From an uncultured Candidatus Binatia bacterium (GTDB lineage: Bacteria > Desulfobacterota > Binatia > UBA9968 > JAJDTQ01): a stretch of 64,000 bases of DNA. The stretch covers positions 1,216,001-1,280,000 of the forward strand of contig OZ243916.1 in the NCBI GenBank assembly GCA_965213675.1, written 5' to 3'. The position numbers and the translations under genes were made by a program. Each line of letters opens with the position of its first letter. Within the stretch, counting starts at the first letter, position 1. This document shows positions 17,848 through 27,334 of this stretch, piece by piece. The notes below the pieces were generated by a model. The model was not told the origin of the DNA and did not search any database. It saw nothing but the letters and a program-made list of their open reading frames with translations.

Positions 17848-20064
17848 CTACCCCGTCGGCCAGAGGCCGAAGGGCGACTCGGGCCAGACGATGTGGAGGG
17901 CGAAGTCGTAGAAGCCGACGATCAGCGCCAGGAATGCGAGGGCGATCCCTGCGGAAACCAGCCAGCCGGCCTTGCCATAGTACATCAGGTAGAGGAAGAG
18001 CATTCCCGGCAGGGCCACGTGCACGCCGATGAGCCAGATGGCCACGTACATGAGCGCAGTGAAGCCGAAGATGCGCGCGAACCGCCAGCCTTCGGTCTTG
18101 GGGTCTTCCCCGAGAATGAAGCCCGTGTCCATGATGTCGCCTTCCTCGATGCGCCTCTCCGGGGTGCCCCTCAACAGGGTCCACACCCGGATCAGCCAGA
18201 ACGGCGTCCCCACCAGCACCGCGAGCCTCGGCATCAGGTCGGCGCCTTCCGGATAACTGAACGAATCGATGAACATGTAGAGGAAGAACGCGCCCACCGC
18301 GAGCAGGAGGACGGCCTCTCCGGCGGCCTCGAGGGTAAAGCGGCGCCTGGGCGGAGTGTCCCCATCCCTGTCGCCGGCTGCCGGTGATTCCGCCGCGGCA
18401 TCCCGGGCTGCCGCATCGTCCAGACCCTCCCGGGCGCCGGCGGCGGCATCTCCCGCAACCGCCGCGCTTCCCTGCCCCGGTGCGCCGCCCTCCGCCGTCA
18501 CGTCTCCCTGCCCCCGCCTGCCACCTGCCGCCGCCACCCGCACGGACTCCTCCCCATCGGTCATGGACATCATGGCCCGCCGCGCTCCGCGCTGGGCGCG
18601 CAGGCTGAACACCGTCACCGCGACCATGAATGCGAGGATGACCAGGAACTGCGGCCGCAGGAGCATTCCCCAGCCGTAGTTGCTCACCGAGATCCACAGG
18701 AACCGCTCCAGGATGTCCGCCAGGGCCACGGCGATGAGAATGGGCGGCCTGGGCCAGCCGTAGCGCTTCATGAAGACGCCCAGCAGGCCGAAGGCCAGCA
18801 CGGCCCCCAGGTCGCCCAGGGAGCTACTGGCCGCCAGCGCCGCCAGGGAGACGATGCCCACCACCACGGGCGCAAGGATGTTGGGCGGGATCACCGCGAT
18901 GCGGCACAGGGTCGGCGCGAAGGCCAACATGATGGGCACGACGATGAGGTTGGCGAAGGCGATGGTGTAGACCATGCTCACGGTGAGGTCGAGGTGCCGC
19001 GTGAGCATGAGCGGTCCCGGGGTGATACCGGTGAGGATGAGGATGGCAAGGACAATGGCCATGCCGCCGCTGCCCGGTATGCCGAACACCACCGTGGGGA
19101 TGAGCACGCCCCCGTCCACCGAGTTGTTGGCGGCGTCGGAGGCGATGACGCCCCGTACGTCGCCCTTGCCGAAGGTCTCGGTGCCGCCGGGCTCGGTCTG
19201 GCGCGCCTGGGCGTAGGCAATCCAATGGGCGGCGCTGCCGCCCACCCCGGGCATGATGCCCACGAACACGCCGATGAGCGACGAGCGCGCCATCAGCCAC
19301 TTGTGGTTCCAGGCCTCCCGCATGCCGCGCCACACGTCCGACTTGGCCTCCCGCAAAAGCGTGTCCAGCCGGGCCCGGGCGATGGTGGTGTCCCCCACCA
19401 CCAGGGCGATGGCCTCGGGCAACGCGAACAGGCCGACTACCACCGGCACCAGCCCGAACCCGTCCCACAGGTAGAAGTCGAACCCCATGGCGGCGCGCAC
19501 GTTGCCGCCCAGGTCCGCGTAGCCCACCATGGCGATGGCGATGCCGAAAGCCGCGGTGAGGATGCCCTTGACGAAGGCGCCGGCGCTCACCACGGCCACC
19601 GCCAGCACGCCCATGAGGGTCAGCAGGAAGAACTCCGCCGAGCCGAACCACTCCAGCAACTGCCGGCTCACCGGCAGCGCCAGCAGCAGCGCCACGGCGC
19701 CGATGACGCCGCCCACGATGGTGGTGGTGTAGCTCGCGCCCAAGGCCACTCCGGCCAGGCCTTGCTGGGCCATGGGATAGCCGTCCAGCACCGTGGCCTG
19801 GGCCGAGCGGGCGCCGGGAACGCCGAACAGGATGGCGGGGATGGGCTCGGTGATGTCGCTGGCCGCCATGTGGAACACCACGATGGTGATGGCGACCCAG
19901 GGGTCGAGGTGGACCGCTAGACTCAGGACCACCACGGACACCGGCAGTCCGCCTCCGGGCATGAGCCCGGAGAACAGCGCTACCGGCAGCACCAGGAGCA
20001 TCGCCAGAAGCGGTCCCGGCGAGAACAGATGAAAGAAGGCGTCAACCGAAGCTTCGAGCATCAA
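17848..20064 (-). CDS. tctA: Tripartite tricarboxylate transporter TctA fused to a TctB-like domain
   Basis: GLMPG, PG...AT.LDGYPMA, FGKGDVRGV.A.DAANN; Ala/Gly-rich linker then a 4-TM TctB-like tail ending LHIVWP. Confidence 0.85.
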   Translation of the reverse strand: MMLEASVDAFFHLFSPGPLLAMLLVLPVALFSGLMPGGGLPVSVVVLSLAVHLDPWVAITIVVFHMAASDITEPIPAILFGVPGARSAQATVLDGYPMAQQGLAGVALGASYTTTIVGGVIGAVALLLALPVSRQLLEWFGSAEFFLLTLMGVLAVAVVSAGAFVKGILTAAFGIAIAMVGYADLGGNVRAAMGFDFYLWDGFGLVPVVVGLFALPEAIALVVGDTTIARARLDTLLREAKSDVWRGMREAWNHKWLMARSSLIGVFVGIMPGVGGSAAHWIAYAQARQTEPGGTETFGKGDVRGVIASDAANNSVDGGVLIPTVVFGIPGSGGMAIVLAILILTGITPGPLMLTRHLDLTVSMVYTIAFANLIVVPIMLAFAPTLCRIAVIPPNILAPVVVGIVSLAALAASSSLGDLGAVLAFGLLGVFMKRYGWPRPPILIAVALADILERFLWISVSNYGWGMLLRPQFLVILAFMVAVTVFSLRAQRGARRAMMSMTDGEESVRVAAAGGRRGQGDVTAEGGAPGQGSAAVAGDAAAGAREGLDDAAARDAAAESPAAGDRDGDTPPRRRFTLEAAGEAVLLLAVGAFFLYMFIDSFSYPEGADLMPRLAVLVGTPFWLIRVWTLLRGTPERRIEEGDIMDTGFILGEDPKTEGWRFARIFGFTALMYVAIWLIGVHVALPGMLFLYLMYYGKAGWLVSAGIALAFLALIVGFYDFALHIVWPESPFGLWPTG

Positions 20065-20196
20065 GCCTCCCGGCGACGGACCCGTGTTCCGGAATTCGGT
20101 TCAGGAACGCCGGCCGCCTGCGCTACGGTGGACCCCTGCGGGGGCGACCGGCCGATCGCCCCCGCGTCGCTACAACCAAGTCACCCGGACGGGCTC

Positions 20197-21252
20197 CTAG
20201 CGCTTCTCGCCCATCAGCTTCTGGAAGAACAGCGCGCCGTCAGGAGGCAGATCCTTGATGGTGGCGAGCTGTTTCTCGTAATGCTCCGGAGATCCGTAGC
20301 CCACGTCGTAGCCGGCGACCGTGGCGATCTTCACGAACTCCGGGTCCTCGATGGTGGCCTTGAACGCCTTGCGCCAGACATCCACGATGGGCTGGGGCGT
20401 ATTCGGCGGAAGCATGAAGGCCCTCAGGGACTGATGAATGTTCACGGCCGTGTTGAAGGCCAGCTTCTGGGACTCGCTGATCTTGAGACCCGGCAGCTCG
20501 AGGATGTTGCGCGGCGCCTCGGCTTCCAGCCGCTTCAGCCATCCCTCGCTCGGCGGCGCATTCCACCAGAAGATCGGCACCAGCCGCTTCTTCTCCACCA
20601 GCTCGGGGTACATGCGCGGCAAGCGCCGCTCGAGGCATGTCGTCACCTCGGTCTCGCCCCGGGCGAAAGCCGCCAGTTCCTCGGCGGTGGACTTGTAGCC
20701 GTAGATGAGCTTCATGGGGCCGCCCACGAGTTGCACGAACTCGCCGCCCATGGGAACACGACCGATTCCGGGCCGCTGGGACGCCATCCGCAGGGGCCGC
20801 CCCATCTTGAGCATGTCCTCCCACGACTTGGCGACGTTGCGGTCGACGCAGATGGTGTAGTTGTCGTCCACCAGCGTGGGCGCGCCCAGGATGATGAGCT
20901 CCTTGACGTCGAAGCCCGGCACGTCCACCCCTGCCAACTCCTTCATGACCAGGCTGGTGAAGTGCGGACCCACCGTGAGGCCGTTGGGCTTTTGGCGGTT
21001 GATGTACTGAGTTCCCTTGAGGCCGGCGCCGCCGGGAACATTGCGTACAATGAACCGGGGACTGCCCGGCAAGTGCTTGGGGGCCACCTTGGCGAACAGC
21101 CGGGCGACAATGTCGTAACCGCCGCCGGCGCCAGTGCCGACGACGAGATTGACGGTTTTGCCCTTGAAGTTCACGTCCTGCGCGACCCCCTGGCCGGCAA
21201 GCAGAACGACGAACAGAACGGCGATGGCGATGGCGAAGCGTACCTGTCTCAT
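20197..21252 (-). CDS. tctC: Bug/TctC-family substrate-binding protein
   Basis: Signal peptide, FKGKTVNLVVG..AGGGYD..ARL, HLPGSP..IVRNVPGGAG. Confidence 0.85.
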   Translation of the reverse strand: MRQVRFAIAIAVLFVVLLAGQGVAQDVNFKGKTVNLVVGTGAGGGYDIVARLFAKVAPKHLPGSPRFIVRNVPGGAGLKGTQYINRQKPNGLTVGPHFTSLVMKELAGVDVPGFDVKELIILGAPTLVDDNYTICVDRNVAKSWEDMLKMGRPLRMASQRPGIGRVPMGGEFVQLVGGPMKLIYGYKSTAEELAAFARGETEVTTCLERRLPRMYPELVEKKRLVPIFWWNAPPSEGWLKRLEAEAPRNILELPGLKISESQKLAFNTAVNIHQSLRAFMLPPNTPQPIVDVWRKAFKATIEDPEFVKIATVAGYDVGYGSPEHYEKQLATIKDLPPDGALFFQKLMGEKR

Positions 21253-21370
21253 GGCGGATTCCTTTCTCCGTGCGTCTGACGGATTGACCCGATACCGATG
21301 AACCCGGTATTCACCTGCTTCTTCCCGCTGCTCAACCCGGGCGGGTCCGAAGCCCGCCCCTCGAAACTCC

Positions 21371-22492
21371 TTACGCGTTTGGATAGAGGGCGTCGACCAT
21401 CCGGCGCTTGTGATAGTCCGGCGTGCCCAGATACTGGTACAGCGTGTGCGCCAGAACGCTGTGCACCATGAGCGGGTGCAGGTAGTCCGTCCCCGGGCCG
21501 GCGTGGACCATGTGGGAGTAGCTGCACGCCTGGTGGTAGCCCTCGCTGGCCGCGGCCTTGGATTCGTGGATGCCGGCCTCGGCGGGCAGGCCCTCGTCGA
21601 GCAGCCACAGGGTCTCATAAGTAGCCATGCGCGCCCGGTCCATGTGGATGGACAGCTCCACGCAGTGGTCCTGCACTCGCTGGAAACGGCCGATGATCTG
21701 GCCAAAGGCGCGGCGCTCGTTGGTATAGGCGACGGTGAACTCGTAGATCTCCTGGCACGCCCCCACCTTGTAGGCGCACAGGATGGGAATGGCCTTCTCC
21801 GCGGCCTTGTCCAGAAGATCCCAGCCCGCGCCGGGCGCCCCGATGAGGTTGGCAGCCGGCACCTGGACGCCATCGAAGGCGACCTCGCTAACCGACACCA
21901 TGAAACCGTTGTGGGGCGTCACCGTCACGCCTGGCGCGTTGCGGTCCACCAGCACCACCGACACACCGCCGCCGGCGCCACGGACCGCGCACAGGAAGGC
22001 CGTGGCGCCCTCGGCGTCGTAGACGTGGCGCTTGGTGCCGTTGAGGGTCAGGGTGTCGCCGGACTGCGAGCACGTGGTGGCCACCGTCTCCGGCCCCCAG
22101 TGGGCGCCGTGGTCGCCGATGGCCGGCACGATGATGGCGTCGCCGCCGCAGATGGCCGGCAGCAACTCCTGCTTCTGCGCGTCGGAGCCGCCGTCGAGCA
22201 CGATCTGCGCCGCCAGCACGCCGGACGCGAACACCGGACCCGGCACCGGCGCGCGCCCGAGTTCCTCGAACACCACGCCGCAGTCCAGGTACGACAGTCC
22301 GGCGCCGCCGTACGGCTCGGGCACCAGCATGCCCAGCCACCCCAGCTCGGCGATCTTGGCGTAGAGGTCGGGCAGAAAGGTGTCCTTCTTCAGGAACTGT
22401 TGGGTCAGCATCGTGGTGGGGGCCTCCGCCTGAACGAAGTCCGCGGCCACCTTCTTGAACATCTCCTGGTCTTCGCTGAGTCTCAAATCCAT
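21371..22492 (-). CDS. Acyl-CoA dehydrogenase family protein (probable non-catalytic subunit of a pair)
   Basis: LGWLGMLVPE.YGG, EELGR, R.AFGQ.IG.FQ.VQ. Confidence 0.9.
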   Translation of the reverse strand: MDLRLSEDQEMFKKVAADFVQAEAPTTMLTQQFLKKDTFLPDLYAKIAELGWLGMLVPEPYGGAGLSYLDCGVVFEELGRAPVPGPVFASGVLAAQIVLDGGSDAQKQELLPAICGGDAIIVPAIGDHGAHWGPETVATTCSQSGDTLTLNGTKRHVYDAEGATAFLCAVRGAGGGVSVVLVDRNAPGVTVTPHNGFMVSVSEVAFDGVQVPAANLIGAPGAGWDLLDKAAEKAIPILCAYKVGACQEIYEFTVAYTNERRAFGQIIGRFQRVQDHCVELSIHMDRARMATYETLWLLDEGLPAEAGIHESKAAASEGYHQACSYSHMVHAGPGTDYLHPLMVHSVLAHTLYQYLGTPDYHKRRMVDALYPNA

Positions 22493-22612
22493 GATGGCTC
22501 CATATCGATTCTACTTTTAATTCGCGCAGTTCATGTGGAAAATTAATGACGATTCTAGTGTAGTGTCCCGCAAGAACGACCCGCCGGTCGCCCCTGCCCT
22601 GGGCTTACGGGC

Positions 22613-23827
22613 TTACACCGTATCCGGCGCTTGCTCCTTGGTTGCCCGGCCGATGCCGGCGCGGCGGGCGAAGATGAGCCGGTCGGTGTCCAGGGTGCCG
22701 CCACCGTGAAGCTGTCCGGGGCCGCTGCGGATGACGTACTCGAAATCCACCACCTCGTGGACGCCGTGGTCCGGGATCAGTGCGTCGGCGCCCATGATCT
22801 TCTGCAACCGCTCGCCGTTCCTGAGCCGGGCCATGCGCTGATAATACCGAAACTGGGCGCCGCCGTAGGCATGCGGCTCCTTGACGAAGCGGTGCCAGAA
22901 GATGCGCCGGTTCATGCGGTTGACCGTATTGATCTCCAGGATCATGTCCGCGATGGTGTCGCGCACATGCGGGTCTTCGATGAGCGGCTTGCCGCCCACC
23001 TCGTGGTTCCGGCAGTACTCCACCACCCGGTCCACGACGGGGTCGGTGCCCACCCGGCCGTCGCCGCCGTGCTCCAGCTCCAGGTGCGTGTGGGCCACCT
23101 TCCAGCCGTTGTTCTCACCGCCGACGAGGTACTTGGCGGGCACCCGCACACCGTCGAAGAACACGGCATTCTTGATGCCCATCATCAGGTGCATGTGCTG
23201 GATGGTGACTCCCGGCAGGTTGGCCGGGATGTGCAGCCAGCTCAGGTTCTCGTGGCGCTTGCCGTCGGGATCTGTGCATACCAGCGTCCACAACGCGTCC
23301 GGCGGCAGGTGGTGACCCACCATGACCTTCTGGCCGGTGACGATGTAGTCGTCGCCGTCGCGGATGGCGCGGGTCTGGCAATTGGCCACGTCGCTGCCGC
23401 TCTGGGGCTCGGTGAGTACCTGCCACACCACGATCTCACCGCGGGTGATGGGCGGCAGGAACTCGCGCTTCTGCTCCTCGCTGCCCCAGTGAAGCAGCAC
23501 CGGCGCCACGATTCGCGCCAGGGTGTAGAAGATGTGGGTGAGGTTCAGGCTGTAACGGGCCAGCTCGGTCTCCAGCACGAACTGGTGATCCACGGTGAGG
23601 CCGGCGCCGCCGTACTCCTCCGGGAACATGGGGAACAGCCAACCCTTCTTGCCCAGCTTCTCCCCCAGCCCGCGGCGGAAGCCGTATTCCTCTTCATCCT
23701 CCCGCGTGGACCACGAGGCCGACCAGCGCAGATGCTCCGACCCCTTCATGTTCTCTTCCATCCAGGCCCGGACTTCCTTGCGGAACTCGCTCATCTCCGG
23801 TGAATCTTGTTGCAGGTTGAAATCCAT
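22613..23827 (-). CDS. Acyl-CoA dehydrogenase family protein
   Basis: PEEYGGAG, LTEPQSGSDVA, GQKV, VGGENNGW; AGGAG SD before MDFNL. Confidence 0.9.
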   Translation of the reverse strand: MDFNLQQDSPEMSEFRKEVRAWMEENMKGSEHLRWSASWSTREDEEEYGFRRGLGEKLGKKGWLFPMFPEEYGGAGLTVDHQFVLETELARYSLNLTHIFYTLARIVAPVLLHWGSEEQKREFLPPITRGEIVVWQVLTEPQSGSDVANCQTRAIRDGDDYIVTGQKVMVGHHLPPDALWTLVCTDPDGKRHENLSWLHIPANLPGVTIQHMHLMMGIKNAVFFDGVRVPAKYLVGGENNGWKVAHTHLELEHGGDGRVGTDPVVDRVVEYCRNHEVGGKPLIEDPHVRDTIADMILEINTVNRMNRRIFWHRFVKEPHAYGGAQFRYYQRMARLRNGERLQKIMGADALIPDHGVHEVVDFEYVIRSGPGQLHGGGTLDTDRLIFARRAGIGRATKEQAPDTV

Positions 23828-23856
23828 AAATGCTCCTTGCTCGCTAAACGCCCCCT

Positions 23857-23973
23857 CCGTCATTCCCGCAAGAGCATGCCCTCGACCCTGATCGGGGGCG
23901 GGAATCCAGGGGTGGCAACCCGGCGCTTCGTGGCCCCACCCCGCCTGGATTCCCGCTTCCGCGGGAATGACGG
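23857..23973. repeat. REP-like doublet
   Basis: CCGTCATTCCCGC...GCGGGAATCCAG ... CTGGATTCCCGCTTCCGCGGGAATGACGG. Confidence 0.85.
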
Positions 23974-24157
23974 CAATGGGTGTAGGTGCCTTTGCGTATC
24001 CAACCGGAGTCTTTCACGAACGACCGGCGTCTTTCGCAAACGGCGTCTTTCACAAACGCTTTCGCGAAAATGACGGAGGGGGAATCATACTCTCATGCCG
24101 TCCGAATCGCGGTCGGCGCCATCCGATTCGCATGATTCCGATTGATGCATCACGCTC

Positions 24158-25249
24158 TCATGCCGTCCGAATCGGCTTGGTCACGGCCAGGGTGTTCCGG
24201 CCGGTCCACATGGGCAGCAGCACGCAGTGGCGGTGCTTGCCGCCGGTGACGATGACCATGATGTCGTCGGGCCGCGTCGCCAGGTGCACGATGCCGTCGG
24301 CCGTGACGTTGGGCGACTCCCGCAGCAGTTCCTCATCGCTCTTGGTCCCCTTGCGCCGGTCCGGGATGCTGGCAAAGGTGATGGTGGAATGCTCCCAGAG
24401 ATACCCGCGCACGTCCGCCCGGGTGATGCCGTCCCGCGCCATGATCTCGGCGTCCTCGCTGCACAGGGCCACCAGCGGCGTGCCGCCGCCGAAGCTGCCC
24501 ACGTCCAGGTGACTGCCGCCGTGGTGCATGGCGATGACCTCGGCCAGCGACGACAGCGCCTCGGCTCCGGTGCTGCCCGCGGTGTGCATGGGAATGAAGC
24601 CGTTGATGCCGCACACGGTGACGGTGCTCTGATCGGGCTTGTAGCCCCGGCTCACATGGTAGGGCTCCCAAGGGCTGTTTTCCTCGTTCTCGCCGAAGCA
24701 GAAGCTGTACTTCCCCGGCCAGCCGAAGGTGGCGCGGTCGGTGTCGCCGGGATAGCCGCCGCCGATGGTGATGAGGATCAGGCGGATGGCGCGGCCGATG
24801 GTGGCGTTGGCGCGGTGCCCGGGGCCGAACGCGCCCGCGTCGCAATTGATGCCCAGATCGTTCCGCACCGGGCCGTTCACCAGCAGCGCCGGACCCGCGT
24901 ATCCGGTGGTGGCCTGAACGCCGTAGAGGTTGAAGCGGGGCTCCATGATGCCCTCCACCGCGGCCAGGACCACCGGCAGGTACTCCGGCAGGCACCCCGC
25001 CATCACGCTGCTGACGGCGATCTTCTCGACCGTGGCGGGCGCCCACTTGGGCGGCACCTGCCCGATGATCTCCTGGGGGTCGCGGTGGGTGCCCGCAAGC
25101 ATGCGCTCCACGCGCTCCCGGGTGGGCGGCACGATGGGCAGGCCGTCGCTGAGTTGGCGGTTCAGGAACCAGTCGTTGGCCGCCTCCAGCGAGTCCTCCA
25201 CCTCGATAACTTCAGAGACGAGCTTCACCTGTGGGGTATCGGTAGCCAT
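24158..25249 (-). CDS. Conserved hypothetical protein partnered with the UGSC selenoprotein
   Basis: SDGLPIVPPTRERVERML, ATVEKIAV..VMAGC.PEYLPVVLAAV, RANATIGRAIRL, FGENEENSPW. Confidence 0.75.
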   Translation of the reverse strand: MATDTPQVKLVSEVIEVEDSLEAANDWFLNRQLSDGLPIVPPTRERVERMLAGTHRDPQEIIGQVPPKWAPATVEKIAVSSVMAGCLPEYLPVVLAAVEGIMEPRFNLYGVQATTGYAGPALLVNGPVRNDLGINCDAGAFGPGHRANATIGRAIRLILITIGGGYPGDTDRATFGWPGKYSFCFGENEENSPWEPYHVSRGYKPDQSTVTVCGINGFIPMHTAGSTGAEALSSLAEVIAMHHGGSHLDVGSFGGGTPLVALCSEDAEIMARDGITRADVRGYLWEHSTITFASIPDRRKGTKSDEELLRESPNVTADGIVHLATRPDDIMVIVTGGKHRHCVLLPMWTGRNTLAVTKPIRTA

Positions 25250-25289
25250 GCGTGAAGGGTGCGCGTGGTGTCGGATGTCCGCCGATGCA

Positions 25290-25880
25290 CTATTTGGCCG
25301 CCTGGGCTTCAACTCCCGCGGCGCCGGCCGGCTCAGACTCGGCCGCATCGGCGTCCGTCAGGGTCTCGCGCACCGGACCGATGGCGATTCTCGCATCCTC
25401 GGCGTGTTCACCCGGCCGGGCGCCGCCGCTCGGATGGTGCGGGATCTGCACCAGCGGCAGTTGCGGCATGCCGAAGAACACCGCTTCCTTCCGGCCCAGC
25501 TCCATGAAAATGGTCTGGCACAGGGTCACCGTAGGGGTGCCGCGCTTCTGAATCTCGATGGCGTCGTGGACACTCCACGACGTGCAGGACCCTCAAGCAC
25601 CGAGGCCGGTGACGACCGCGTCGCACCGGCTCAGCATCTCCTCGATCAGTTCCCCCGGCGCCGCATTCATGTGGCTCGGTTTCTTCCGCAGCAGCACTTC
25701 CGCCGCGCCGGTCTGCTCCTCGATCAACCGTGCCAGTTCCTCGAACATCGGGCTCGAGTTGGCCTGGCCGTTGTCGATGATCCCAACTACCTTCCCGGCC
25801 AGATCGTCCAACCCCGGCACAGGCGGATGGTTCTCCAGCAGGACATCGGCCCGCGGATCGAGCATCTGTAGCTTTCCCAT
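25290..25880 (-). CDS. UGSC-family selenoprotein (in-frame UGA at 25593-25595)
   Basis: ORFs 25593..25892 and 25290..25529 are in one frame: VVTGLGA-U-GSCTSWSVHDA; hairpin right after the UGA; GGAGG SD. Confidence 0.85.
25561..25583 (-). promoter_or_regulatory. Putative bacterial SECIS element
   Basis: CGTCGTGGA-GTG-TCCACGACG perfect 9-bp stem about 10 nt downstream of the UGA. Confidence 0.7.
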
Positions 25881-25959
25881 GAGGCCCTCCATCGTACGCG
25901 TGAGCTATCTGCCAGACACTACCGAAGGGGCGTTCGTGTTGTCAACGGCGTTGCCAACG

Positions 25960-27168
25960 TTACAGGAGCTGAGACAGGAAGGTCTTGGCCGGCACGACCA
26001 GCGGCGGCCCGGGCCTTGCGAAGCAGTCGGCGTCGACATGGTCGGCATAGACCATGACCTGGAACGCAAACGGTGCTCCGAGGTGGTCCTGGTAGTACTT
26101 GAGCGTCCGGCTCATGGACTCGTCGCGGTGCTTGACCTCGACGAGGAACCAAGGCTTCCCCTCTCGGGTAACCAGAAAATCCACTTCCCGCTTTTCCCGG
26201 TCCCGCAGATAGCCGAGCTCGAACCGGCCGAGGCCCATGTCGTTCCAGCCGTCCACCGCCTTGAGGAGGTGGCACGCGACGAAAGTCTCCGCCTTCTGCC
26301 CCGCATCCGCGATGTCCGCCCAGTCTCTCAGGTACCACTTGGGCTCCTTGCGCAACGATCGCGAGACGTTCCGGAACCACGGCCTGACCAGGAAGCCCAG
26401 GTGGAAATCACACAACGCGGCCACCCATCGGCGGATGGTATCCGCCGACACGCGTACCTCCCTGGCGAGGTTGCCGTACACGAGCTGACGCCCGGACTGC
26501 CGGCTCAATCGTTGGACCAGCACCTCCAACTGGTCGATCTGCTGAACCTGGGTGAGGTCGCGGATGTCTTCCCGGACCAGTTGCGCGAGGCGCAGCGAAC
26601 GCCACCTGCGGCTGAAACGCATGTCGCGCCTGAGGAACGGCTCCGGATATCCTCCGTGACGCCACAGCGCTTCGAAATCGGCCGCGTCGATCCGGCCCGG
26701 AGCCCGGACGATCCGCTCCGCGTCGGGAAGCTCCCTGCTTACCATCTCGGCCACGGAGAACGGATGCATCCGATAGGCGAAGTACCGCCCCATCAGGCTG
26801 TCGCCGCCCCGGCGGTAGACGTCCAGTCGGCTGCTGCCGGTGACGATGACGCGAAGCCGGTCTCCGTAGGTGTCGAACAACCCTTTCAGGAACGGCTTCC
26901 AGGAAGGGAACTTGTGAAGCTCATCGAAGAGCGCCACCGGCGTTGTGCTGGAGAGCCGGTTCGCTCCCATGGCGGCGGTGAGATCGGCCGGACCCGCCAG
27001 CACCAGCTCCCGGTCATCGAGATTGTCCCAGTTGCAGTAGCTGTCGGCGTGACGCCGGCACGTCGTGGTCTTGCCTACCTGCCGTGGACCGCTGACGAAC
27101 GCCATCTGCCGGTTGCCGGACAAGTGCTCGGCGAGCAGGGCGTCGTAGACGCGCGATTCCGTATCCAT
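25960..27168 (-). CDS. AAA_14 ATPase with DUF4143 domain
   Basis: SGPRQVGKTT, LFDELHK, VTGSS, SLMGR, GGYPEP, KWYLRDW, REVDF. Confidence 0.9.
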   Translation of the reverse strand: MDTESRVYDALLAEHLSGNRQMAFVSGPRQVGKTTTCRRHADSYCNWDNLDDRELVLAGPADLTAAMGANRLSSTTPVALFDELHKFPSWKPFLKGLFDTYGDRLRVIVTGSSRLDVYRRGGDSLMGRYFAYRMHPFSVAEMVSRELPDAERIVRAPGRIDAADFEALWRHGGYPEPFLRRDMRFSRRWRSLRLAQLVREDIRDLTQVQQIDQLEVLVQRLSRQSGRQLVYGNLAREVRVSADTIRRWVAALCDFHLGFLVRPWFRNVSRSLRKEPKWYLRDWADIADAGQKAETFVACHLLKAVDGWNDMGLGRFELGYLRDREKREVDFLVTREGKPWFLVEVKHRDESMSRTLKYYQDHLGAPFAFQVMVYADHVDADCFARPGPPLVVPAKTFLSQLL

Positions 27169-27334
27169 GTCCGATCATTATCCCTAGCATCGTGTTTTAG
27201 TCAAGATAAATCTACGATATATCGTATTTTGGTCAGGTATTGGCGCGCCCTTCCCGTCTCTTCACAGAAGCACCTCCCAACCACGCTTCGTGTAGCCAGC
27301 GTCCATCCAGGGGAGGAACGACGCGTGGCAAAGC

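Noticed and set aside
17647-24070. Possible CRISPR array among the repeats
   Set aside because: There is no regular repeat-spacer periodicity and no cas gene; the repeats are palindromic REP-like units.
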